This document shows positions 46,122 through 56,253 of a stretch of 61,267 nucleotides of DNA, in pieces. Positions within the stretch are counted from its first letter, which is position 1; each line of letters starts with the position of its first letter. A program made the position numbers and the translations under genes. The notes below the pieces were generated by a model. It was given only the letters and a program-made list of their open reading frames with translations, searched no databases and had not been told where the DNA came from. This DNA is from a virus (Duplodnaviria; Caudoviricetes), in IMG/VR virus record IMGVR_UViG_3300018080_000191, positions 1-61,267 of that record. One strand, written 5' to 3'.

Positions 46122-47335
46122 TGCAGGATCGCCATGTAGGAAGAGAAACCCCGGTTTTCGTTATTGAGGGACATCCGGATAAGTTTATAGGGCTGATTCA
46201 GCGACATGGTGTTTTATCCAGGATTATGCGAGCTCGCAGGTGTCCTTGTGCTACTTCCACGGGATCGCCGGATATTTACTGCGATTTATGTATGGGTGAC
46301 GGGATGATATACGATTTTCAACGAAAGATGTTGCAGGCTGATGAGGACAGCGATATTGGCGTTGATTCATCTGTTGTATATCCATTTCGAATACCTGTTA
46401 TTGAGCCGGTTCGGGTGGAGCGTTTACTGGCTCCCGAGCAGGGTGGCATTAAAGAATATACCATTGACGAGTATACCGCTAGTGAGATCAGGATATCAGG
46501 CAACCCTCTCCCGCGCAAGTATGAAAAGATGAGGGTTACATATTATTTTGACAGATTTGAATATGTGCAAGACGAACTGGTTACTGTCGATGCTGCAACT
46601 AGAATATTAACAACGAAAGGGACTGCATTTGATGGTGGTCATAGGTCAAGTAATTTTTTTAATGTTCATGGTGACATAGCGGTTGTTGAAAAGGTGTATG
46701 ATACTGAAAAATCGCATACTTATACAAATTATACGTTCAGAAAAAATAAGATATATGTTGATCCTGGCGAGCCGGCACCTACTCCCGATAAAGTGCAGGT
46801 GTCATATTATTATGTGCCACCTGCACGCGTTCTCACTTCAGATATTGAGGTCAGGCAATTAAAGCAGGAAAAGTGGACATCGGAACTGCCAGAGGGGGAG
46901 TGTAGAATGGCCATGGAGCCCTGGTTTGAACTCGGAGAGGGAGATATTATAACGTTATTAACCCCAACCCTGTATAAGAATGAAATTATTAAGCATAGTG
47001 GTGTTATTGACAAACTAATAGAGTTTGATGTTGCACGAATTGATGAAATAATTTTTGATGAGGACGGAAAGCGGTATGAAGTTAATATCGATTTTGTTCT
47101 CAAAGGCTTCAGGGATATATCCTGGATAGGAAACCAGCCCGTTCCCGGGAAAAGGATATCAGTCAGGTACGGATATCATCCGACATACGTTGTTTTCCAG
47201 GATCACCCGATGCCCAATACTCTAGAGAACAAGCAGTATCCCCAGGTTGTGCGTGCAAAGATTTGGGCGAAAACCCTGAGTAAAGATATCGAGACAATGA
47301 AACCCCTGGATAGCGATTTTGGATATGCCAGTTAG
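46121..47335 (+). CDS. neck/head-closure protein
   Basis: RRCPC...CDLCMGDG N-terminal motif seen in SPO1/Twort-type neck proteins; position. Confidence 0.65.
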   Translation: MQDRHVGRETPVFVIEGHPDKFIGLIQRHGVLSRIMRARRCPCATSTGSPDIYCDLCMGDGMIYDFQRKMLQADEDSDIGVDSSVVYPFRIPVIEPVRVERLLAPEQGGIKEYTIDEYTASEIRISGNPLPRKYEKMRVTYYFDRFEYVQDELVTVDAATRILTTKGTAFDGGHRSSNFFNVHGDIAVVEKVYDTEKSHTYTNYTFRKNKIYVDPGEPAPTPDKVQVSYYYVPPARVLTSDIEVRQLKQEKWTSELPEGECRMAMEPWFELGEGDIITLLTPTLYKNEIIKHSGVIDKLIEFDVARIDEIIFDEDGKRYEVNIDFVLKGFRDISWIGNQPVPGKRISVRYGYHPTYVVFQDHPMPNTLENKQYPQVVRAKIWAKTLSKDIETMKPLDSDFGYAS

Positions 47336-48059
47336 AGAATTTAACATACTACGTGGGCCGAGTGCCAGAGCTGTTATGGGAATATTCCAAGCAGCAGGAA
47401 AGGATCTTCCATCTCAGGCGATGGGACTCGCAAACCTGATTGCATCCAAGGCGAGCGAGTTCTGGCAGAATAAAGCTGAAGGTGCCTCTCCCTGGGGTAT
47501 AAAGTATGCGCGAGCAATAACATGGGAGCCGATGACTAGGCTTAGCGAGAGCGCAAGTGTTTTTGTTGATGATGAAATGGTAGATTCTCGCAGCGGGAAA
47601 CCCTCAATTCTATTCGTACACATGACAGAAAGCGGGGTAAAACCTTTCTCAATTAAAGAGGGGCTTCTGAGCAGTAAGCGGGTTAAAACTAGCAGCAAGG
47701 GTGTTAAGTATATAGTTGTACCGTTTCGATGGCGAACGCCGAAAAAGGGGCAGGTCCCGTCTGATGCGTTCTCGGGCGTGCAGCCAGGGGATGTTTACAA
47801 AATCGTGAAGAGCGGGATTCCCCTGAAGGGTGAAGAATATGGTCACATGGCGGGCCTCCAAAAGATTGAGAAGCCCAGGCATAGCCAGTATTTTACTTTT
47901 CGAGCTGTAAGTGAAAAATCAACAGGGTGGCAACATCCAGGCAAGGAGGCTACTCCGGTTTTTGAGGATGTACTTGATAAAGTTGAAAAAATGATTGAAG
48001 GAACTATCGAAAATTATTTGCAGGCCTATATCAAAAAATTGGAGTCAACATCCAAGTGA
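47325..48059 (+). CDS. tail completion/neck protein
   Basis: PFSIKEGLL, YIVVPFR, YFTFRAVSEKS..W.HPG; position. Confidence 0.65.
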   Translation: MPVREFNILRGPSARAVMGIFQAAGKDLPSQAMGLANLIASKASEFWQNKAEGASPWGIKYARAITWEPMTRLSESASVFVDDEMVDSRSGKPSILFVHMTESGVKPFSIKEGLLSSKRVKTSSKGVKYIVVPFRWRTPKKGQVPSDAFSGVQPGDVYKIVKSGIPLKGEEYGHMAGLQKIEKPRHSQYFTFRAVSEKSTGWQHPGKEATPVFEDVLDKVEKMIEGTIENYLQAYIKKLESTSK

Positions 48060-48823
48060 ATGTGATAGCGAAATATACTGATTATCTGATATTTTCGCCA
48101 GATTTTTTTATCGACTATATCAGTACCGAGATACATGACAGAGATATCAGTGGTCTCACCAATGGCAGGGTAAGCGCGATCAATGTAACCGGGGAGCACC
48201 CTATGGTACAGCTCGTGGGTTCAATCATGAGCACTGGAGATCCGAATTTTGCGGGACTGCTACCATCAATCAGTGTTACCGAGAGCGATGAAAATGAGGA
48301 AAACACGACAATAGGGCATGGTTTGAGAGAATATGAATCGGTTGATCAAACCTGGGTTGACAATATTAAGAATAATTATCCGAAGCTACGGGATAGGACC
48401 AGGGAAGGGATAATAACCGATAAGCAAATCCAAGCAATCGAAACAGCTCTCACGAACAGCACAGAGGGAAAACTCATTACCGAAGTACGTCAGTTTTACG
48501 AGAGGCAATCTGTTTTTATATCGCTTTGGACTCACAATATTCACGAACGTCAAATTATCGGAGGCCTTCTGCGTTCAATATTATATGATTTGCGGTTGGA
48601 AATGATTGAGAAGAAATTACGGGATATTAGCATCAAAACCTCAAAGGGGCTGGTGAATTTTAATTTTGGTCGAGTACTGTATGGTCAGGAGTCCGAAATC
48701 AGTTATATGAGCTCATTCAGGAATTTTACAGTGTATGACGAAGAAGAGATCGATCACGATCTTGCAGTTAAGGGCGAATTTACGACCATCAACAGTCTTG
48801 ATGAAACTTATAAATTCAGCTAA
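48056..48823 (+). CDS. tail terminator-like protein
   Basis: LPSISV...E motif; upstream of the sheath gene. Confidence 0.55.
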   Translation: MNVIAKYTDYLIFSPDFFIDYISTEIHDRDISGLTNGRVSAINVTGEHPMVQLVGSIMSTGDPNFAGLLPSISVTESDENEENTTIGHGLREYESVDQTWVDNIKNNYPKLRDRTREGIITDKQIQAIETALTNSTEGKLITEVRQFYERQSVFISLWTHNIHERQIIGGLLRSILYDLRLEMIEKKLRDISIKTSKGLVNFNFGRVLYGQESEISYMSSFRNFTVYDEEEIDHDLAVKGEFTTINSLDETYKFS

Positions 48824-48827
48824 AGGG

Positions 48828-49022
48828 ATGGTTATGGAAATGAGACAATCAAAAAGTGAGAAAATTCCGGTAGGAGCATTTTTAGCCAACTCAAAGCTGG
48901 TGAGGAAACATAGTAACTATCTCATTGCCGGCTTTCAGGCATATATCAAAAAAGAAGGTATCCCATATCATCAGACATTTGGGGAGTGGGAAAAGTTGTA
49001 TAAGAAATTTATTACATCGTAA
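48828..49022 (+). CDS. small hypothetical protein
   Basis: Fills the gap before the sheath gene. Confidence 0.55.
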   Translation: MVMEMRQSKSEKIPVGAFLANSKLVRKHSNYLIAGFQAYIKKEGIPYHQTFGEWEKLYKKFITS

Positions 49023-49031
49023 AGGAGAAGA

Positions 49032-50792
49032 ATGATGGGAATAGATCAGGAATTTGAAGGCATCAAAACTAATATACCAGGCGTGTATTCAAAAAGCGAG
49101 TACCCGCCTTCGCTGGGCGCAATAGGTGCAGCAAGTAATGTTGTTGCCATTATTGGCGAAGCAAAGGGCGGAGTTCCACATAATGCGTCTGTTGACGATG
49201 CCCAAAAAATTAACGTAATTACATCTCTCGGGCAGGCTGTGGATCTTTTGGTTGGCGGTCCCGGTTTCTATATGACCGAATTTTATCTTACACCAACAAA
49301 AGAGGAGAATCTCGCAAAGCCGAGCCAGTGTTATTTTGTGCGTGTTAATCCCGCAACTCAGGCCATAGCAACACTGGTTGACGCATCAAGTGACGAGATT
49401 ATTAAATTATCGTCTACCCGATACGGGGTTCTCGCAAACCAGATATCGAGAAAGATAGAAGCTGGCACCAACAAGGGGAAAAAGGTCACGGTTAAGTTTA
49501 AGGGCTCAACACTGGTTGCAAAAGATGATATTGCTCAGGAATATATGGAATTGCTATACAGTGGAGGCGGAAGTCCCGCAACGGTGTCAATCAATAGTGT
49601 TGGCTTAACAACGAGTTGTACTGGGGCAACTACCGATGATTTGTCGTTGGCCTTTGCCGATTACCCAAAATTGGGCGATCTCGTTAATTATATTCATCAG
49701 CAAGCAAATTATACCTGCACCTTGACGGGAAAGGAAGACGCAGCAACAGCGAATTTTGACGCAGTTGCCGATGTTGACATGACAACCACTGCTGCGTTAG
49801 ATGCAAACGTGCAGGCCCTCATCGACTTTTTTAATGATGAAAGTGGTGGGGAAATTAAAGCCGAGCTCGTAACTGGAGCTGATCGGGATCCAATTACCAA
49901 TGACTCAAATTTCGTATTTCTCACTGGGGGTTCGGAAGGCACGACATCCAACAATCACTGGGCAGCAACCCTGGAATTGCTGGAGAAGTTTAAGATAAAT
50001 CATATTCTCGTTGCGAGCGGTGATTCTGCCATACATGCGATGGTTGACACACACATTATCGAACAGTCAAGTATCGAGAACAGGAATAATCGCTCCGCCG
50101 GGGCTGGAGCTGGTTCGTCTACCAGCACCAAGGCTGCGAGAATCGCCGAGATGAAGGCTCTCAATTCTCCAAGACTTGAATATTGGTGTACCCCGTTTTA
50201 CCGATACGATATCGTGAACGGGAACGTAAAAAAGGAGTTTGAACCTTTTTATCTATCTGCGTTGGGAGCTGGTATCAGGTTTGGGAACCATCAGACAACA
50301 ACTGCTACGTTCAGGGCGTTAAATATTCTCGGCATAAAAGAGGAATACACGAGGCAAGACAAAAAAGATTATATTGCTGCTGGTGGTTCTATACTTGAAA
50401 GAAATGAACGCGGGATTTGCGTTGTTCATAACGTGAGCACATACCAGGGCTCAAACCTGATATTGAACCTCCCGCCTGCGCTCAGGACGGCAGATTATAT
50501 TACTCTCGATATCCAAGCAAAGCTGACGGCAATGTTGAATAGTCTGACCAAGGCCCCAAACAGCCTGGTTATAAAGTCGATTCAAAACTATATCATAACA
50601 AATCTGCTGCCTGGATACGTGAACGATGGACTGTTGATGTCGGATCCGAACACCGGGGCTCCGGCGTTCTCCGATGTCGAGTTTTCGCTTTCGGGTGATA
50701 GGTTCGATGTGAGCTTTACGGGTATTGTTGCTGTACCGCTCCATTTCATATTCATAAAACAAAAATTTATTGTTGTTGGATTTAACTCATAA
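49032..50792 (+). CDS. tail sheath protein
   Basis: IPGVYS, IIGEAKGG, LTGGSEG, C-terminal PLHFI; precedes the tube gene. Confidence 0.92.
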   Translation: MMGIDQEFEGIKTNIPGVYSKSEYPPSLGAIGAASNVVAIIGEAKGGVPHNASVDDAQKINVITSLGQAVDLLVGGPGFYMTEFYLTPTKEENLAKPSQCYFVRVNPATQAIATLVDASSDEIIKLSSTRYGVLANQISRKIEAGTNKGKKVTVKFKGSTLVAKDDIAQEYMELLYSGGGSPATVSINSVGLTTSCTGATTDDLSLAFADYPKLGDLVNYIHQQANYTCTLTGKEDAATANFDAVADVDMTTTAALDANVQALIDFFNDESGGEIKAELVTGADRDPITNDSNFVFLTGGSEGTTSNNHWAATLELLEKFKINHILVASGDSAIHAMVDTHIIEQSSIENRNNRSAGAGAGSSTSTKAARIAEMKALNSPRLEYWCTPFYRYDIVNGNVKKEFEPFYLSALGAGIRFGNHQTTTATFRALNILGIKEEYTRQDKKDYIAAGGSILERNERGICVVHNVSTYQGSNLILNLPPALRTADYITLDIQAKLTAMLNSLTKAPNSLVIKSIQNYIITNLLPGYVNDGLLMSDPNTGAPAFSDVEFSLSGDRFDVSFTGIVAVPLHFIFIKQKFIVVGFNS

Positions 50793-50803
50793 GGGGGAAT
50801 ATT

Positions 50804-51262
50804 ATGTTTGAAGGAACTGCAAGCAATCCCGAAGGTCCTGTCGGTGCTGGTCTTGACAGTATATTGATACAGGATGGGAAAATAGTTGTCTACGCATCTG
50901 GAGTCAACTATAGCGTTGACTGGGAAATAGAAGGGATTCGAACGCTTGGATTTCATGGAGATAGAAGCTTTAAATCGTTGGGGATGACCGGAAATCTGAC
51001 GATAGACACTTATCTCTTGCGTGGCAAAAATGTTGATGGCGCCCTACAGACACCGGGGTATCAGAGTGATGGGTCATGTAATATAAATTCGGCTGGGGAG
51101 TTTGATTTTGCTATTCTCGATCTTCACAGTCTCGAGGTTCTGGTCACTCTTCTCGGGGTTAAGCTTGGAAGCGAGGATGTTCAGTTTCCGGCCAGGGGCC
51201 TGAACACAAAGTCAACATCGTGGCGATTTTCACGTTATGCGCCAGGTTTAAATTCGAGCTAA
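50804..51262 (+). CDS. tail tube protein
   Basis: 152 aa directly after the sheath gene, beta-rich. Confidence 0.8.
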   Translation: MFEGTASNPEGPVGAGLDSILIQDGKIVVYASGVNYSVDWEIEGIRTLGFHGDRSFKSLGMTGNLTIDTYLLRGKNVDGALQTPGYQSDGSCNINSAGEFDFAILDLHSLEVLVTLLGVKLGSEDVQFPARGLNTKSTSWRFSRYAPGLNSS

Positions 51263-51289
51263 AAAACGTCTTTAACGTTGGAGGGGGAA

Positions 51290-51676
51290 ATGAGCGAGAA
51301 ATATGAAGTGCGAAACATGCTGTTCCTGGATGATGACAGGAAAAAGAACATATCAATAGGTAAAGATAAATTTATCATCAGGGCATTGTTTCCAAAAGAC
51401 AGGAAGGAAATAGCAAGACGAATGAGTGTCGAGCAGAACGGTCTGCCGGCAAATTCTTTCAGTATTGATGATCGGTATATGTTTGAACGAAGTGCTATAA
51501 TCGATCAGGGAATGGTCGAGAGTCCGGATTGGTGGAGCAATGCCGACGAATGTCCCGATGAGGATGTACTGGAATTTCTTTATGTCGAAATAATGAAGTG
51601 GACAGCAGAATTTCAGGAAAAATTAAAAAAAAATAGACTTAATAAAAGAAAGCCTGAAGAACAAGTATCTGGTTGA
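51290..51676 (+). CDS. tail assembly chaperone (G-like)
   Basis: Between tube and tape measure; PDWW motif; A9 tract near the 3' end. Confidence 0.75.
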   Translation: MSEKYEVRNMLFLDDDRKKNISIGKDKFIIRALFPKDRKEIARRMSVEQNGLPANSFSIDDRYMFERSAIIDQGMVESPDWWSNADECPDEDVLEFLYVEIMKWTAEFQEKLKKNRLNKRKPEEQVSG

Positions 51677-52169
51677 TGGCTTCTTTATGCGAACGTTCAA
51701 GCAGTTTCCAGATGGCTGCGATCCCCACAATCTCCTTGAAATCCAGAGAGAATTTATCATGTACCTGGTTGCTGCAACACCATCGGTTGACGCATTAAGC
51801 GTCTGGTTGCAATACATGGAAGAAAAACATAAGATCGATAGCGAGGACTTCCTGGGTAAGATTGGTCAGAGCGAACTTACCTTGAAGATGGCTGCAGACA
51901 AAAAGGGAATGTCGGTCGAGCGGTATAAAAAAGAAGTCATCAAAACAATGAAAGAAGAAAAAATTAAACAGCTAAACAAGAAGTATGGCTATGGGGATAG
52001 CGAAGAGAAAGAAAACCAGGTTGAAAGTGCGGTGGACAGGATCCGGAGGTTCTCAGAGCAACTCTCCCAAAGGGAAAATGACGGCCAGCAGCTAAGAAAA
52101 CTGATATTCGAGAAACCAGAAGGCCTAAGAGAAGGCCTAAGAGAAGGCCTAAGGGTAGAAGATGGCTAA
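51627..52169 (+). CDS. tail assembly chaperone frameshift extension (T-like)
   Basis: Frame opens at 51627 within the A9 tract; ATG 51687 lacks an SD. Confidence 0.65.
   Translation, partial: KKIDLIKESLKNKYLVDGFFMRTFKQFPDGCDPHNLLEIQREFIMYLVAATPSVDALSVWLQYMEEKHKIDSEDFLGKIGQSELTLKMAADKKGMSVERYKKEVIKTMKEEKIKQLNKKYGYGDSEEKENQVESAVDRIRRFSEQLSQRENDGQQLRKLIFEKPEGLREGLREGLRVEDG
52118..52153 (+). repeat. 12-bp tandem repeat x3 (AGAAGGCCTAAG)
   Basis: Three exact copies encoding EGLR. Confidence 0.85.
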
Positions 52170-53727
52170 GGAATACAAAATAGACATTGGTGTCGGTGTT
52201 AAAGAAGATCGAAAAGGGGTGTCCGATTTACGCGAGCGCATCAGCCAGGCCAGGGAGATCAGAAAACAAGCGGGAAAGGGCACTGGGTGGGGTATTGAAA
52301 CCTCTAATTTTCAGCTTAATAAAAACATCCAGAAAATAGTAAAATCCAATGAGGATTTGATTCGTGCCTTGAAGGAAAATACAAGGACCGCTAGAAGAGG
52401 AGATGGTGGGCGTAGGGGTGGTCCTAGTGGACGGGGTATTGATGGAGCTTCAGGCGTGGGTATATCTCGGATAGGCGCATCGACCATTATCCCAGGGCTT
52501 GGTCTTGCTCTTGGTATAGCTGGATTCGCAATACATCAAATGATGCGAGTGGGGAAAGCGCATCTTGCCAAGGCACAAGAACAGATTATGACTGCCGGTA
52601 TAGCGGGAACGCGAACCGGAATGGAGAGTTATTTTAGCGCAGCTCAGGCTGGCGAGTTTGTAAAAGCCCGACGAATGGCTGCAGGAACTTATAAGTCACC
52701 CGGGGGCGATCAAAGAATGACTGCCCTCTATGCAAAAAGATTCGGACTGAGCGGAGCCGATGTCGGGAAACAGCTCGGGATAATGGATCTGATGACGGGG
52801 GGATATGGTGGTAAGAATTTTGCTCGAATAATTGAGACAGCTCACCAGAAAGGGATACAGACCGAAATGCCTCTCATGATCAACATGATTACGGATTCCC
52901 TGGAGCAAGCCGTGGAGGCGGGTGTTAATGCCTCAAATCTCGCAACTGATTTGGCTGGTGAGATATCGAGAAATGCAGCATATTCTCCCAATGCCTCTAT
53001 TCGACCCATTATCGCAATGACCAGAAATTTGATGCAGTTACAACAGCAGGTTTCCAGGGGACAATACAGCGGAGTGTCCAACTGGAGAATGTTTGAAGCT
53101 GGTCGTGAAAAAGTTACCAAAGCCGTACTGGGTAGGGGCGGTAAAACCGGAGATAGAATTGTTCAGTCTCTTATCGCTGGTGGAACAATAACTCAGAGAG
53201 AGGTTGAGCAAATCAGAAAAGCTGGCAATATATCGCCTATTGTAATGGAATACCTAACCCGAAGTTATTTACAAAAAACACCAGAAGAGGCTAGAACAGC
53301 ATACATGAAAGATATTGTTGGTACGCTCGGGAAAGGGAAAACGGGACTGCAGCGAAGGGCAATGCTGGCAAATAGGGCAAGACAGTTCGGGATAACCGAA
53401 AATGTTGCGGAAACTGATTATTATTATCGTGTTGCCACGGGCCAAAAAATTAGCGATAGGTTTACAGATGTGAAACGCCCAGCATTTGACGAAGGCAAAT
53501 GGCAACAGACGACTGCATTTGCAGCCCAGGGATTACAAAACGCAAGAGAGGCATTTTTACTAACCAGTAAGGCTGCACAGTATTCCGCACGCCAGGTCAT
53601 AAAGTTTGAAAAAATATTGATACAGCTCGCAACAACGCTAGAGGGAACGGTTTCAAAATCCTTGAATGATTTATTGAAGCGTACAAATAAGAAATCATCG
53701 TCATTTCTTGATATCATTACAAATTAA
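52162..53727 (+). CDS. tape measure protein (short)
   Basis: Ala/Gly-rich helical protein with a hydrophobic stretch, following the chaperones. Confidence 0.7.
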   Translation: MAKEYKIDIGVGVKEDRKGVSDLRERISQAREIRKQAGKGTGWGIETSNFQLNKNIQKIVKSNEDLIRALKENTRTARRGDGGRRGGPSGRGIDGASGVGISRIGASTIIPGLGLALGIAGFAIHQMMRVGKAHLAKAQEQIMTAGIAGTRTGMESYFSAAQAGEFVKARRMAAGTYKSPGGDQRMTALYAKRFGLSGADVGKQLGIMDLMTGGYGGKNFARIIETAHQKGIQTEMPLMINMITDSLEQAVEAGVNASNLATDLAGEISRNAAYSPNASIRPIIAMTRNLMQLQQQVSRGQYSGVSNWRMFEAGREKVTKAVLGRGGKTGDRIVQSLIAGGTITQREVEQIRKAGNISPIVMEYLTRSYLQKTPEEARTAYMKDIVGTLGKGKTGLQRRAMLANRARQFGITENVAETDYYYRVATGQKISDRFTDVKRPAFDEGKWQQTTAFAAQGLQNAREAFLLTSKAAQYSARQVIKFEKILIQLATTLEGTVSKSLNDLLKRTNKKSSSFLDIITN

Positions 53728-53729
53728 CT

Positions 53730-55463
53730 ATGCCAAATATAACCGACATAAAGAATAAGAAAATAGTCTATAATGCAGGCTATGAGGCGGTTAATGAGTA
53801 CATGGACCGGGGTAAGGTCAAAAAACGATCCCCAAAAATTATGTTGCTCGTTGCCCCCTTTGGTATCCCCTTTGTTCCGATAGAGTTGGTTAGCGAGGAC
53901 ATGGGTGGTATTATACAATCGTGTGAGTGGATGAAGTCGAGATCGGTTCCGGGCGGTTCGGTATCGATTACCATGGCCGGGGACGAGAAGGCGTTAAGGG
54001 GTCTCGGTTTTGTTTTAAGTAAGCCTCTTGAAGCTCTCTGGAAGCACCTGGGGCCTGACTTGCGAGACCTTCTCAAGCCGAGAACGTTATGCCAATTATG
54101 GTTAGACGGATATCACGTCATGACCGGGTATGTTCGATATTGCAGGAGGCAGGCAACCCCTGGCAGGGCCATTTATACGGTGCAAATTGATGAGCTTGGC
54201 ACCATTTATCAGCAGAACATCTTGAGTCTAAAGTCAATCTGGTATGGCGAATATCAAAGCATTTTCAGTGATATCAATAGTATGTTGGGAGGTATCTATG
54301 TTGGAGCTCCCCTTTGGCTGGTTATAAATCTTTTCATAAATTCATTTATTATTTCTACTCTCAATTTTGGGTTTGGTGGTTACGTTCGGGCAAGTGACGG
54401 TCTACCGTTAGCGTTCAGGTTAATTGCTTTACCCCCACCTATCGGTGGTATTTCTATGAACTCACTGATATCTCAGGTTGTAACGGATGCGTCTATTTTG
54501 CAAATCAGCGAAGGCGGGAGTATCTGGGATTTTATCAGGAACTTATGTCCGGACCCATTTATGGAATTATTTACTGAGAGCGGAGGTAGAACAATCTGTA
54601 CGGGCAGAGTTTTGCCAGCATCAATGAGTGCTGGAATTTTGCAAGCTGCGACAACAGCAGTCCCTGCCATATCCGGGCTAAACCTTTCCGTGCTCCTTCC
54701 CGGGTTTAATTATATCATAGCACGGACAAGCCCTTACGATATTCCCTGGACGGGGCTATCGTCATGGCTTCAATTATATTCGCTTACCCTGGGAGTGCTT
54801 GATCTCATAATGGCGGGCGATTTTGTTATTATCACAGACGATGACGTAATATCGAAGGATCTTGGTGTTTCTGATGCACAGCAATATACATTATATCATG
54901 TCAGCTACGGCTCAAAATCGGCATCGGGGACACCCGGACAGATCCAAAACAGGCCCTCTGTATCTAGGGGACCGCTTATCCCATTGTTCCCAGGCGGTGT
55001 TAGAACCTATGGCGGGATAGAGCTCAATACGTCAATCGACCCTACAGGCCTAAAATGGGGAGGAGTTGTCGGCCAGGCAATTGAACGTATCAACAACTAT
55101 ACAGGAATACCAACAAATATACCGGCCTTATCTACGCTTCTCAATGTCTGGTTCCGAAATGCTGGAAAATTTAATGAGGGTACAATTGTTACGAGGGCTA
55201 TTCCCTATGCGAGGCCCGGTATGGTTTTGCTTTATTTACCAAGTCTCTCGGGATCGGGGGTTGACAATAGCAGGGATATCGGGTTATACTATATAGATAA
55301 TATTGACTATAGATACGAAATTGGCAAGGTGGATACTACGACATTTAGCGTTATACGGGGTGTGCCAATCCCTATGAACGCATCTGCGCTAGCCATGCTT
55401 ATGATGGACTGGGAGGTTTTACCACCAGGTCTGAATTTAACTGATATTGATAACATTCTCTAA
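53730..55463 (+). CDS. baseplate hub protein
   Basis: PFMELF; C-terminal ARPGM...YYIDNIDY.Y...TT..V.RG; position. Confidence 0.7.
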   Translation: MPNITDIKNKKIVYNAGYEAVNEYMDRGKVKKRSPKIMLLVAPFGIPFVPIELVSEDMGGIIQSCEWMKSRSVPGGSVSITMAGDEKALRGLGFVLSKPLEALWKHLGPDLRDLLKPRTLCQLWLDGYHVMTGYVRYCRRQATPGRAIYTVQIDELGTIYQQNILSLKSIWYGEYQSIFSDINSMLGGIYVGAPLWLVINLFINSFIISTLNFGFGGYVRASDGLPLAFRLIALPPPIGGISMNSLISQVVTDASILQISEGGSIWDFIRNLCPDPFMELFTESGGRTICTGRVLPASMSAGILQAATTAVPAISGLNLSVLLPGFNYIIARTSPYDIPWTGLSSWLQLYSLTLGVLDLIMAGDFVIITDDDVISKDLGVSDAQQYTLYHVSYGSKSASGTPGQIQNRPSVSRGPLIPLFPGGVRTYGGIELNTSIDPTGLKWGGVVGQAIERINNYTGIPTNIPALSTLLNVWFRNAGKFNEGTIVTRAIPYARPGMVLLYLPSLSGSGVDNSRDIGLYYIDNIDYRYEIGKVDTTTFSVIRGVPIPMNASALAMLMMDWEVLPPGLNLTDIDNIL

Positions 55464-55469
55464 GGCATT

Positions 55470-56249
55470 ATGTATAACGAAGGACAATGGAAAAAGCAGT
55501 TTTGGCGAAGAGGTGGTGACAGTAATCTCTGCTCAATTGAGTATAATGAGAACCGTAAATATAATCACGTTTACCAGCTCAGCCTTGGCGAAGTAGCATT
55601 ACCTCAACCAGAACCGCTTTTCAAGCAGGACATGGTAACAGTCAATCTTGTTAAGGGCGGGATGTTGACAAGTGTGGCATGGCCCGGGCCTAACGTGGTT
55701 TTCCCTGGAGCTGGTATTCATGGGCTCTGGGAGCCCCCTCTACCAGGACAGCAGGTTCTTGTCGGGTTTGTTGATGGGCGGGCATCAGATCCTGTTGTTG
55801 TGCAGAAATATCCCTATAACCCATCGCAGGACCCAGCTCTCGAGGCTGCATACTTTATGCCGATGACGCAGCAAGCACATGGAATTTTTGATATAGTTTT
55901 GGGGCATATTACGGGTTCATATATGGCCTTCAGGACCACGCTCCCGCTGCCCGGTGCCGTAGAAATTAACTCCCCAACTATACTCGATGTAAATTCAACA
56001 ATACAGATGAATCTGAAAACAATTGGAACAATGAGCATTTCGGCTACGATATCAACAATCATAGAGAGCGCATTGGTTACGCTGCAGGATCTCCTGGGAG
56101 TGATGAAAATAGAACTGGGGCCAACGGGAATAAAGCTGACTACCGGTGATGCTGCAGCATGGCAGCCAAACATTATTGCCACCTGCCCGTATACCGGCCT
56201 TCCCCACGGGGGAACTTCCGCTGGAATTGTGTTATTAAAGGGTGGATAA
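55470..56249 (+). CDS. baseplate spike (gpV/gp5-like)
   Basis: PLPGQQVLVGFVDG..SDPVV OB-fold motif, beta-helix-like repeats, terminal CPYTGLPH. Confidence 0.78.
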   Translation: MYNEGQWKKQFWRRGGDSNLCSIEYNENRKYNHVYQLSLGEVALPQPEPLFKQDMVTVNLVKGGMLTSVAWPGPNVVFPGAGIHGLWEPPLPGQQVLVGFVDGRASDPVVVQKYPYNPSQDPALEAAYFMPMTQQAHGIFDIVLGHITGSYMAFRTTLPLPGAVEINSPTILDVNSTIQMNLKTIGTMSISATISTIIESALVTLQDLLGVMKIELGPTGIKLTTGDAAAWQPNIIATCPYTGLPHGGTSAGIVLLKGG

Positions 56250-56253
56250 GTAA

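Noticed and set aside
52118-52153. EGLR repeat as an Rpn/PD-(D/E)XK transposase tail
   Set aside because: No nuclease domain is present; it is a simple 12-bp slippage repeat in the chaperone gene.
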